64,000 nt of DNA. Source: Betaproteobacteria bacterium (GTDB taxonomy: Bacteria > Pseudomonadota > Gammaproteobacteria > Burkholderiales > CAIKXV01). This document shows, piece by piece, positions 46,711-54,097 of the stretch (the stretch's first letter is position 1; the number at the start of each line of letters is the position of its first letter). The stretch is taken from assembly GCA_947458265.1 (NCBI GenBank), contig CANGYF010000004.1, positions 142,491 through 206,490 on the forward strand. Reading direction: 5' to 3'. The notes beneath the pieces were generated by a model that was given only the letters and a program-made list of their open reading frames with translations, did no database searches and was not told the DNA's origin. The position numbers and the translations under genes are program-made.

Positions 46711-47735
46711 GTGGCGGGCAGGACCTCGACCCGTTCGAGTTCTTCTTCGACAAGCCGTGGAGTGACGGCCTGCCGGTGGTGACACCGACGCAGGAGCGGC
46801 TCGACTGGATGCTCGGTGGCACCCGGCGCGATCCGACCGAGGTGGTCGGGCCGGTGCCCCCGGCGATGAACGTCGCCACCGTGCGCGATGTCGCACTGCA
46901 TGCGGTGATGGCCGGCTGCCGCCCCGACTACCTGCCGGTGGTGCTCGGCGGCCTCGCGCTGATCCTGCAGGAGCCGTTCAACATGAACGGCGTGCAGGGC
47001 ACGATGCATGGCGTCGCACCGCTGATGATCGTCAACGGGCCGTACGCGGCGAAGATCGGGCTGCACGGCGGCAACGGTTGCCTCGGGCCGGGCTTTCGCG
47101 CGAACGCCACCATCGGCCGCGCGATCCGTCTGCTGCTGCTCAACCTCGGCGGCGGCATCCCGGGCCTGGCTTCGGCCACCGTGCTGTCGACGCCGCAGCG
47201 CTACACCGCCTGCTGGACCGAGAACACCGAGCGCAGCCCGTGGGAGACGCTTGCCGTGTCGCGCGGCTACCGCGCGGACGAAGACGTGATCACCTGCGCC
47301 ATGGTCGAGAGCCCGCGCCTGTGCTACGACGACGTGAGTCAGGAGCCCGTACGCCTGCTCACCGGCATCGCCGACACGATGGCTGCGATGAGCAGCTGGA
47401 ACATGCACGTCCGCTCCGACATGGTGGTGGTGATGGGGCCCGAGCAGGCAACGGTCTGCGATCGCGCCGGCTGGCCTCGAGCGCGGGTGCATGAATGGCT
47501 GGTCGCCAACGCCGGCATGAAGGTGGTGGACATGCGCCGCGGCGGCAACTGGCGCGACGAGCGGGCACGGAAGATCGGTGTCGATCCGTCGGACGACGCT
47601 GCGTTCGTGCCGGTGATCAAGGACGCGCGCGACCTGCACCTGATGGTTGCGGGAGGGTGGGGTCCCGTGAGCGCGGTGGCGCATGGCTGGGGCGGCGGCA
47701 GCCGCGCGGTGCAGGGCACCTACCGCACGGATTGA
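46707..47735 (+). CDS. conserved protein of unrecognised family, paralog A (342 aa)
   Basis: ATG 46707 overlaps the Bug stop (ATGA). The coding signal is strong, with high third-position GC. About two thirds of positions are identical by eye to the next gene. I can name no domain. Confidence 0.8.
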   Translation: MSGGQDLDPFEFFFDKPWSDGLPVVTPTQERLDWMLGGTRRDPTEVVGPVPPAMNVATVRDVALHAVMAGCRPDYLPVVLGGLALILQEPFNMNGVQGTMHGVAPLMIVNGPYAAKIGLHGGNGCLGPGFRANATIGRAIRLLLLNLGGGIPGLASATVLSTPQRYTACWTENTERSPWETLAVSRGYRADEDVITCAMVESPRLCYDDVSQEPVRLLTGIADTMAAMSSWNMHVRSDMVVVMGPEQATVCDRAGWPRARVHEWLVANAGMKVVDMRRGGNWRDERARKIGVDPSDDAAFVPVIKDARDLHLMVAGGWGPVSAVAHGWGGGSRAVQGTYRTD

Positions 47736-47778
47736 CGTGCAGCACCATTGGCGGGGATGACCGCAGGGAAGGGATGCA

Positions 47779-48798
47779 GTGATCGACGAGTTCGAATTCT
47801 TCCTCGAGAAGCCGTGGTCGGACGGGCTTCCGGTGGTGACACCGACCGAGGCGCGGCTGGCCCCCTTCCTGGCGGCAGCCGGGCGCGACCCGGACGAGCC
47901 GATCGGCCGCGTGCCGCCAGCGATGGAGCCGGTCACGGTGCGTATCGCTGCGATCCATGCGCTGATGGCCGGCTGCCGTCCCGAGTACCTGCCGGTCGTG
48001 CTCGGCGCGCTGCCGCTGGTCCTGCGCGACGAGTTCAACCTGAACGGCGTGCAGGGCACGATGCATGGCGTGGCACCCCTGATGATCGTCAACGGCCCGC
48101 ATGCGGCGAAGATCGGGCTCAATGGCGGCAACGGCTGCTTCGGCCCCGGTTTTCGCGCCAACGCGACCATCGGCCGTGCGATCCGGCTGATGCTGCTCAA
48201 CCTCGGCGGCGGCATGGCCGGCATCGCCTCGGCCACCATCTTCGCGACGCCGATGCGCTACACCGCGTGCCTCACCGAGAACGTCGCACGCAGCCCGTGG
48301 GATAGCCTCGCTGCCTCGAAAGGCTACGCGGCTGGCGATGACGTGATCACCTGCGCGATGGTCGAGAGCCCGCGCCTGCACTTCGACGACGTGAGCCAGG
48401 AGCCCGAGCGCCTGCTGACCGGCATCGCCGACGGCATGACTGCGCTCGGTTCATGGAACATGCATGCCCGCTCGGACATGGTGGTCGCCATGGGTCCGCA
48501 GCATGCGACGATCTGCGCGCAGGCCGGCATGAGTCGCGAAGACGTGCACCGCTGGCTGGTCGAACACGCCGGGCGTACGGTCGGCGACCTCAAGCGTGGC
48601 GGTAACTGGCGGCGCGAGCGTGCGCTGCAGTTCCCGATCAAGGTCGACCCCGACGACGATACCTGCTTCATCCCGACGCTGAAGGATCCGGTCGACCTGC
48701 AACTGATCGTCGCCGGTGGCTGGGGTCCATGCACCGCGATCTGCCATGGCTGGAGCGGCGGCAGCCGTGCGGTGCATGGCACCTATGCCGTCCGATGA
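47779..48798 (+). CDS. conserved protein of unrecognised family, paralog B (339 aa)
   Basis: GTG start at 47779 follows GGGAAGGGA. It shares blocks with paralog A: KPWSDGLPVVTPT, NGVQGTMHGVAPLMIVNGP, GGNGC(L/F)GPGFRANATIGRAIRL, DVITCAMVESPRL, GGWGP..HGW(G/S)GGSRAV. Confidence 0.8.
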   Translation: MIDEFEFFLEKPWSDGLPVVTPTEARLAPFLAAAGRDPDEPIGRVPPAMEPVTVRIAAIHALMAGCRPEYLPVVLGALPLVLRDEFNLNGVQGTMHGVAPLMIVNGPHAAKIGLNGGNGCFGPGFRANATIGRAIRLMLLNLGGGMAGIASATIFATPMRYTACLTENVARSPWDSLAASKGYAAGDDVITCAMVESPRLHFDDVSQEPERLLTGIADGMTALGSWNMHARSDMVVAMGPQHATICAQAGMSREDVHRWLVEHAGRTVGDLKRGGNWRRERALQFPIKVDPDDDTCFIPTLKDPVDLQLIVAGGWGPCTAICHGWSGGSRAVHGTYAVR

Positions 48799-48826
48799 AC
48801 CGAACACCCCTGGAAGGAAAGCAACC

Positions 48827-49354
48827 ATGAACGAACTGCCCTTCATCGACCCGACCGCGGGCGGCAACCGTCCGCCGGTCGCCCTCGCACCGCGTCCGAT
48901 GGATCTCGCCGGCAAGGTCGTGGCGATGATCGACAACACCAAGGAGCAGGGCAGCCTGATCCTCGAGACGGTCGCCCAGGTGCTGCGCGAACGCCATGGC
49001 GTCGCCAAGGTGATCATCCGGCGCAAGGAGCACTACTCCAAACCGGCCACCGACCAGCTGATCGACGAACTCGCGCAGGAGGCCCACCTGGCCGTCGCTG
49101 CCGTGGGTGGGTGAGGGTCCTGCACGTTGTGCAGTGTGCACGACACCGTGGAATTCGAGAAACGCGGCATCCCCGCGACCGTCATCATCACGCAGGCCTT
49201 CCGCAATGCCTGCATCTTCCAGTTCCGGTCCAAGGGCATGGCCGGCCATCCGTACATCGAGCTGCCGCATCCGATCAGCAACATGACCGAAGACGAAATG
49301 CGCGAAGTGACGCTGAAGGAAGTCGATGCGCTGGTGAAGCAGCTGGTCGCCTGA
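48827..49354 (+). CDS. candidate selenoprotein with U-G-S-C-T-L-C motif (in-frame TGA at 49112-49114 read as Sec, codon 96 of 175)
   Basis: ATG 48827 lies 8 nt after GGAAGGA. Track ORFs 48716..49114 and 49127..49354 are in the same frame and separated only by TGA plus four sense codons. The downstream part lacks an ATG and an RBS. A hairpin follows the TGA directly. Confidence 0.78.
49117..49144 (+). promoter_or_regulatory. SECIS-like hairpin immediately 3' of the in-frame UGA
   Basis: GUC-C-UGCAC (49117-49125) pairs with GUGCA-C-GAC (49136-49144), giving 8 Watson-Crick pairs and one C.C mismatch. The stem can extend by G.U, U.G and U-A pairs to a GUGC tetraloop at 49129-49132. The hairpin starts 3 nt after the UGA. 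Confidence 0.45.
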
Positions 49355-49370
49355 GCACGAGGCGGCGCGC

Positions 49371-49397
49371 GAGCCGGGGCTGCCCGTGCCCTGGCTC
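49371..49397. terminator. GC-rich hairpin between convergent genes (terminator-like, no U tract)
   Basis: GAGCCGGGGC (49371-49380) pairs with GCCCTGGCTC (49388-49397): 10 bp including one G.U, around a 7-nt loop. It lies between the selenoprotein stop (49354) and the methyltransferase stop (49417). Confidence 0.3.
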
Positions 49398-49416
49398 CCG
49401 GGGGCGCGGTCGGCCC

Positions 49417-50175
49417 CTAGCGTGGCCGCACGAAGCGCAGCGCGAACTTGTCGCTCGAGGGTTTCGCCTCGTTGTAATGAGTAGCACGGGTATCGGCCGG
49501 ATTGCGCCAGGCGGCGCTGTCGGCTTCGAACACGAACCCTGCCGCCTCCACCTCCCGCCGCAGCACCGTTTCTTCGATGCGATGGAAGGTTCTCGTCTCT
49601 GAGAGACCGGTGCCCGGCCGTCCGGAATGGTCCATGACGACCAGCCGTCCACCGGGCTTGAGTGCGTTGAACATCGCCCGGTTCAGCTTCATCCGGTCGG
49701 TGGGGGTGTTGACGATGTCGTGGTAGGAGAGGACCAGCGTGACCAGGTCGACCCGTGCCGCCTCGGCCGGGAACGGATCGTCGAACGGGCGCATCAGCAC
49801 TTCGATGTTCGACGGCGCTGCCTTCGCCCGCTCGATCAGTGCCGGACCGGGCTTCGGCGCCTGCGCCCAGACCTTGCCCCGCTCGCCGACCGCCACCGAC
49901 ATCACCTGCGTGGTGTAGCCGCCGCCGGCGGAGATGTCGAGCACCGTCATGCCCGGACGCACGCCTGCCAGTTGCAGCAGGTCGGCCGGCATGCGCCGCG
50001 CATCGGCCTTTCGGTCTGCGTCCGGCCGTAGCGGGCTGGCCAGCACCGGGGCGTAGTCCATCGGCGGCTGCAGGAGCGCGCATCCCGGCAGGGTCGAGAC
50101 CAGCGCCCCCGAGGCGCCCAGCAGGGCGAGGTTGGCGACAAGGCCGCGACGGGTGCGGTTGGGCGGCTGGATCAT
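49417..50175 (-). CDS. class I SAM-dependent methyltransferase-like protein with N-terminal export/lipoprotein-like signal
   Basis: 252 aa with the SAM motif I 'VLDISAGGGYTT' and post-I/II blocks. The N-terminus 'NRTRRGLVANLALLGASGALVSTLPGC' resembles a twin-arginine signal plus lipobox. Confidence 0.82.
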   Translation of the reverse strand: MIQPPNRTRRGLVANLALLGASGALVSTLPGCALLQPPMDYAPVLASPLRPDADRKADARRMPADLLQLAGVRPGMTVLDISAGGGYTTQVMSVAVGERGKVWAQAPKPGPALIERAKAAPSNIEVLMRPFDDPFPAEAARVDLVTLVLSYHDIVNTPTDRMKLNRAMFNALKPGGRLVVMDHSGRPGTGLSETRTFHRIEETVLRREVEAAGFVFEADSAAWRNPADTRATHYNEAKPSSDKFALRFVRPR

Positions 50176-50284
50176 GCTCGGACTCCTGCTGGCGGGTTTG
50201 GGTAGGGCACCAACATGCTAACAAGTCCGGCGTGCGCGCGCCGTCCGGGGCTGGGCACGAATGCTGCGGGCTCGCCGTCCGATA

Positions 50285-50298
50285 TTGACGATCGTCAA
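50285..50298. promoter_or_regulatory. perfect FNR/Anr/Dnr-type palindrome TTGAC-GATC-GTCAA
   Basis: This 14-nt perfect inverted repeat matches the TTGA(T/C)-N4-(A/G)TCAA consensus. Its centre lies about 79 nt upstream of the uspA ATG. A -10-like GACTAT at 50322-50327 is at class-II spacing. Confidence 0.55.
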
Positions 50299-50370
50299 GG
50301 CAGGCGCAGACCACGCGCCCAGACTATGAACCGCAGGCATTCGCCTGCCGAACCCGGGAGACTACACATC

Positions 50371-50889
50371 ATGTACCGCAGGATTCTGGTAGCCATCGAC
50401 GACAGCGAGACCTCCGCACGCGGCCTGGACGAGGCGATCAAGCTGGCCAGGGGCGACGCTGCCCAGCTGTGCATCATGCACGTGATCGAGCCCATGGCGC
50501 TCGCGATGTACCCGGAAGCGGCCGCCTATGCCGACGACCTGTTCGGGATGCTGCGCGAGTCGGGCAAGGCGCTGGTGCAGAAGGCTTCCGCGAAGGCTGC
50601 GCGGCGCGGGGTGGTGGCGCGAATGGCACTGGTCGAGGATCGCGGCTTCCCGATCGCGGATCTGATCGTCGAGTACGCAGGGCGGTGGAAGGCCGACGTG
50701 ATCGTGCTCGGCACCCACGGCCGCCGCGGCTTCAGTCACCTGCTGATGGGCAGCGACGCCGAGAGCGTGGTGCGCCTGTCGCCGATCCCGGTGCTGCTGG
50801 TGCGCAGTCCGGAGGGTAGTGCGCCGAAGGCGGCTCCGGCGAAGCGGGCGGGCGGCGCGAAGCGCGGTGCTGGCCGCAAGCGCGCTTAG
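50371..50889 (+). CDS. universal stress protein (UspA family)
   Basis: 172 aa from ATG 50371 (RBS GGGAGA). It starts 'ILVAIDDSE' and has the ATP-binding motif 'VLGTHGRRGFSHLLMGSDAESV', with a basic Lys/Arg/Ala tail. Confidence 0.9.
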   Translation: MYRRILVAIDDSETSARGLDEAIKLARGDAAQLCIMHVIEPMALAMYPEAAAYADDLFGMLRESGKALVQKASAKAARRGVVARMALVEDRGFPIADLIVEYAGRWKADVIVLGTHGRRGFSHLLMGSDAESVVRLSPIPVLLVRSPEGSAPKAAPAKRAGGAKRGAGRKRA

Positions 50890-51063
50890 CGGCACGAGCC
50901 ACAGCGCAGGGCCTGCACTGCGCCGTCGTTGAACCTGCCGGATTCACAGGCACCTGTCATCTACGGTATGCTTTTCCGGCTACCGCAAGGTGGCTGGGAC
51001 GCGCGGTATTGCCGGGGGGCCTTCCCCGGCTGCACGCGCGCTCGGACCAGGGGGAGTGAATCG

Positions 51064-52338
51064 ATGAGCAGAAAATGGATGGCTGCGCTCGCGCGCGGCA
51101 TGCTGCCCGCCGCGCTGGCTGGCGCGTTCGGGATGATCGCCGGAGTGGCCGGGGCACAGACGCCGACCACACCGCCAACGGCCAAGGAGGTCGAGGCGCG
51201 CCGCGCGATGGGTGGGTATTTCCCCGAGCGGATGACGAACCCGAACCTCACGGCCAATCCGCCCCACCTCATCGCGACACCACTCGACCAGATCCCGCTC
51301 GACCGGATCCGTGTACCCGAGGGCTTCAAGGTGGAAGTCTGGGCGCACGGCATTCCCGGCGGACGCATGATGGCGCGCGCCCCGGGTGGTACGATTTTCG
51401 TCGGTACCCGCACGATCGGCCGCGTCTACGCGGTCTACGAGCAGAACGGCCAACGCGTCAACAAGGTGGTTGCCGAGAAACTCGTGCAGCCCAACGGCGT
51501 GCTGGTGCAGAACGGCTCGCTGTACATCGCCGCGATCAACCGCGTGTTCCGCTACGACAACATCGAGGCCAACCTCGAGAACATCCCGACGCCGGTGGAC
51601 ATGACCGAGGCGTTCAAGCTGCCGCCCGAGGTGCACCACAACTGGAAGTTCCTCGCCTTCGGCCCCGACGGGAAGATCTACTTCCAGGTCGGCGCGCCCT
51701 GCAACGCCTGCGAGATCAACCCCGGCGTGCATGGCCAGATCCGTCGCTACAACCTCGACGGCTCGGGCATGGAGATCGTCGCGCGCGGTGTACGCAACAC
51801 CGTGGGCTTCGACTTCCATCCGAAGACCGGCGAGCTCTGGTTCACCGACAACGGACGTGACTGGGCTGGCGAGAACGGCTTCGAGGACGAGCTCAACCGG
51901 CTGCCCGCCAACATGATCGGCGCGAACTTCGGCTTCCCGTACTGCCATGCCAACGGACAGCCCGACCCGGATGTCCGCGTGCCCAATCCCTGTGCCAACA
52001 CCATCCTTCCGGTGACGTTGCTGGGTGCGCACACGGCCGCACTGGGCATGCGCTTCTACACCGGCAAGATGTTCCCGGCCGACTACCAGAACTCGATCAT
52101 GATCGCGCGTCGCGGTTCGTGGAACCGCACCGAACGCGCAGGCTATGACGTGGTGCGTGTGACCGCGACGCCGGATGGCCGCAATGCACGGGTGACCCCG
52201 TTCATGACCGGCTTCCTGGACACCGCGAAGAACGCCTACTACGGCCGGCCGGTCGATGTGCTGCAGTTGCCCGACGGATCGATGCTGGTCGCCGACGAGC
52301 AGAATGGCGCAATCTACCGCGTGAGCTACTCGAGGTGA
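51064..52338 (+). CDS. PQQ-dependent sugar/sorbosone dehydrogenase-family protein (soluble, beta-propeller)
   Basis: 424 aa from ATG 51064 (RBS GGGGGAG), with a signal peptide. The blocks 'FTDNGRDWAGENGFEDELNRL' and 'GANFGFPYCH' are typical of this family. Confidence 0.85.
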   Translation: MSRKWMAALARGMLPAALAGAFGMIAGVAGAQTPTTPPTAKEVEARRAMGGYFPERMTNPNLTANPPHLIATPLDQIPLDRIRVPEGFKVEVWAHGIPGGRMMARAPGGTIFVGTRTIGRVYAVYEQNGQRVNKVVAEKLVQPNGVLVQNGSLYIAAINRVFRYDNIEANLENIPTPVDMTEAFKLPPEVHHNWKFLAFGPDGKIYFQVGAPCNACEINPGVHGQIRRYNLDGSGMEIVARGVRNTVGFDFHPKTGELWFTDNGRDWAGENGFEDELNRLPANMIGANFGFPYCHANGQPDPDVRVPNPCANTILPVTLLGAHTAALGMRFYTGKMFPADYQNSIMIARRGSWNRTERAGYDVVRVTATPDGRNARVTPFMTGFLDTAKNAYYGRPVDVLQLPDGSMLVADEQNGAIYRVSYSR

Positions 52339-52979
52339 CAGGCAGTGTCGATCGCGCGCCGCAGTCGCTGCGGCGCGTGTTCGCGTCGGTTGCGCTGGGC
52401 GCGACGCTCGCGGCCGGCGTGGCCTCCGCCCAGCAGGTCTGGCGCGTAGGCGATCCTGCCAGGGGAGCGTCACTCGCCGCCGGCTGCGCAGGCTGCCACG
52501 GCGAGCACGGTGCGGCACCGCTTCCGGGCATGCCGGCGCTGGCCAGCCAGCAGCCGGAGTTCCTCATGCTGCAACTCGTGCTGATGCGCGAAGGGTTGCG
52601 CGATGTGCCGGCGATGGCCGGGACACTGAAGGGACTCAACGATCGCGATCTGGTGGATATCGCCACCTACTACGGAGCGGCCCGGCCGTTCCGCAGCCCG
52701 CCTGCGCGCGATCCGGCGCTCTACGCCCGTGGCGAAACGCTGTCCGGGGCGATGGGTTGCAACAGCTGCCACATGGGCGACTACAGCGGTCAGCGCCAGG
52801 TGCCGCGGCTGGTCAACCAGCGTGAGGACTACCTGGCGGCCGCGCTGCGCGCCTACCGCGACGACCGGCGCAGCGGCACGGATACCAGCATGAATGCGGT
52901 GATGTACAAGGCTGTCGACGCGGATATCGCCGCAATCGCGCACTACCTGGCGCAGCGCCCGAACGATCAGATACGGTAG
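52335..52979 (+). CDS. dihaem c-type cytochrome (c4-like)
   Basis: GTG 52335 overlaps the preceding stop (GTGA). It has a signal peptide and two CxxCH sites (CAGCH, CNSCH). Confidence 0.85.
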   Translation: MTGSVDRAPQSLRRVFASVALGATLAAGVASAQQVWRVGDPARGASLAAGCAGCHGEHGAAPLPGMPALASQQPEFLMLQLVLMREGLRDVPAMAGTLKGLNDRDLVDIATYYGAARPFRSPPARDPALYARGETLSGAMGCNSCHMGDYSGQRQVPRLVNQREDYLAAALRAYRDDRRSGTDTSMNAVMYKAVDADIAAIAHYLAQRPNDQIR

Positions 52980-54058
52980 CGCTCGACGCGACGCCAGTCG
53001 ACGAGGGTCGAGAGGCCCACGGTGTCGTCCAGCCTTACGACACCGTGGCTGATCTCGGGCGATCGCGTGGTGATCTGATCGGCGTAGGCCAGGAAGAACG
53101 TGGATTCGGCCGGCAGCGATCCTGCGTGTCGGGGAAATGCGGCTGCCACGTTGAGGCTCGCGAACGCGCCCAGTGCGCTTTCCGCATGTAATCCCACGTT
53201 CACCGCACATCCGGCCGCATCTGCTGCGTGCGCGATGTCGAGGGCGATACTTGCGCCAACCCGGGCCGCCTTGAGGCCGATGAAGCGCGCGCCGCGTTCC
53301 AGGAACAGTTCGGCGTCTTCCAGCGACAGACAGCGCCCGTCCACCACGAACGGAATGGGCAGGGCGCGCTGGGTCTCTTCGAACCAGCGATTGGGGCGCA
53401 GGTCGCACGGATCTTCCGCATGCGTGGCGCCCTTGTCCGCAAGCAGCGCCACATAGGCTGCAGTCTGCTCAGGCGTGTAGGCGGTATTGGCGTCGACATA
53501 GAAGCTCACCTCGGCGCCTACCGCTGTACGGATCTCGTCCAGCGCCTTCGCATCGGTGTCGAAACCCTGGCCGCCCTTGATCTTCAGGGTCCTGAAGCCG
53601 TGACGCTCGACCATGCTGGCCGCTTCCCGCGCCATCTCCAGGGGCAGGGCGCGAGTCACGGTCCACGACACGGGCACTTCGGGCGTGCCCTTCCAGAGCT
53701 GCCATAGCGGCACGCGTTGCGCCTGCGCGCGCAGGTCCCAGCATGCGCTGTCGATGAGTCCCTTCGCCAGTCGGTTCTCCGGGAAAGGAGCAAGCCGCTG
53801 GCGCACGGCTCGAACATCCGAGAGGTCCACGCCCTTCAGCGCCGGCAGCAGCATGTCCTCGAGCACCGCGACCAGCGCCCTGCGTGTCGTACCGGTCCAG
53901 GTCGGCTTGATCGCCCCCTCGGCGACGCCTTCCAGGCCGTCATCCGTGAACAGCCGCAGCAGCATCAACTCGCAGCCTTCTTCCACCGTATCTTTCCAGT
54001 GGATCGGGCGAGGGTAGGGCAGCCTGATCGCAGTCAGGGTCGAGCGTTCGAGTTGCAT
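52967..54058 (-). CDS. enolase-superfamily enzyme (mandelate racemase/muconate lactonizing enzyme family)
   Basis: 363 aa. It has an N-terminal capping domain and barrel motifs 'LKIKGG', 'FYVDANTAY' and 'HAEDP'. Confidence 0.88.
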   Translation of the reverse strand: MQLERSTLTAIRLPYPRPIHWKDTVEEGCELMLLRLFTDDGLEGVAEGAIKPTWTGTTRRALVAVLEDMLLPALKGVDLSDVRAVRQRLAPFPENRLAKGLIDSACWDLRAQAQRVPLWQLWKGTPEVPVSWTVTRALPLEMAREAASMVERHGFRTLKIKGGQGFDTDAKALDEIRTAVGAEVSFYVDANTAYTPEQTAAYVALLADKGATHAEDPCDLRPNRWFEETQRALPIPFVVDGRCLSLEDAELFLERGARFIGLKAARVGASIALDIAHAADAAGCAVNVGLHAESALGAFASLNVAAAFPRHAGSLPAESTFFLAYADQITTRSPEISHGVVRLDDTVGLSTLVDWRRVERYRI

Positions 54059-54097
54059 GTACGAAGTCCCTGTCTCCGGTTCCTGAAGGTCACGCGG

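Noticed and set aside
44494-48239. 800-aa and 523-aa minus-strand ORFs opposite GST, the Bug gene and paralogs A and B
   Set aside because: They are antisense artefacts. The internal similarity of the 523-aa ORF merely mirrors the tandem paralogs on the plus strand.
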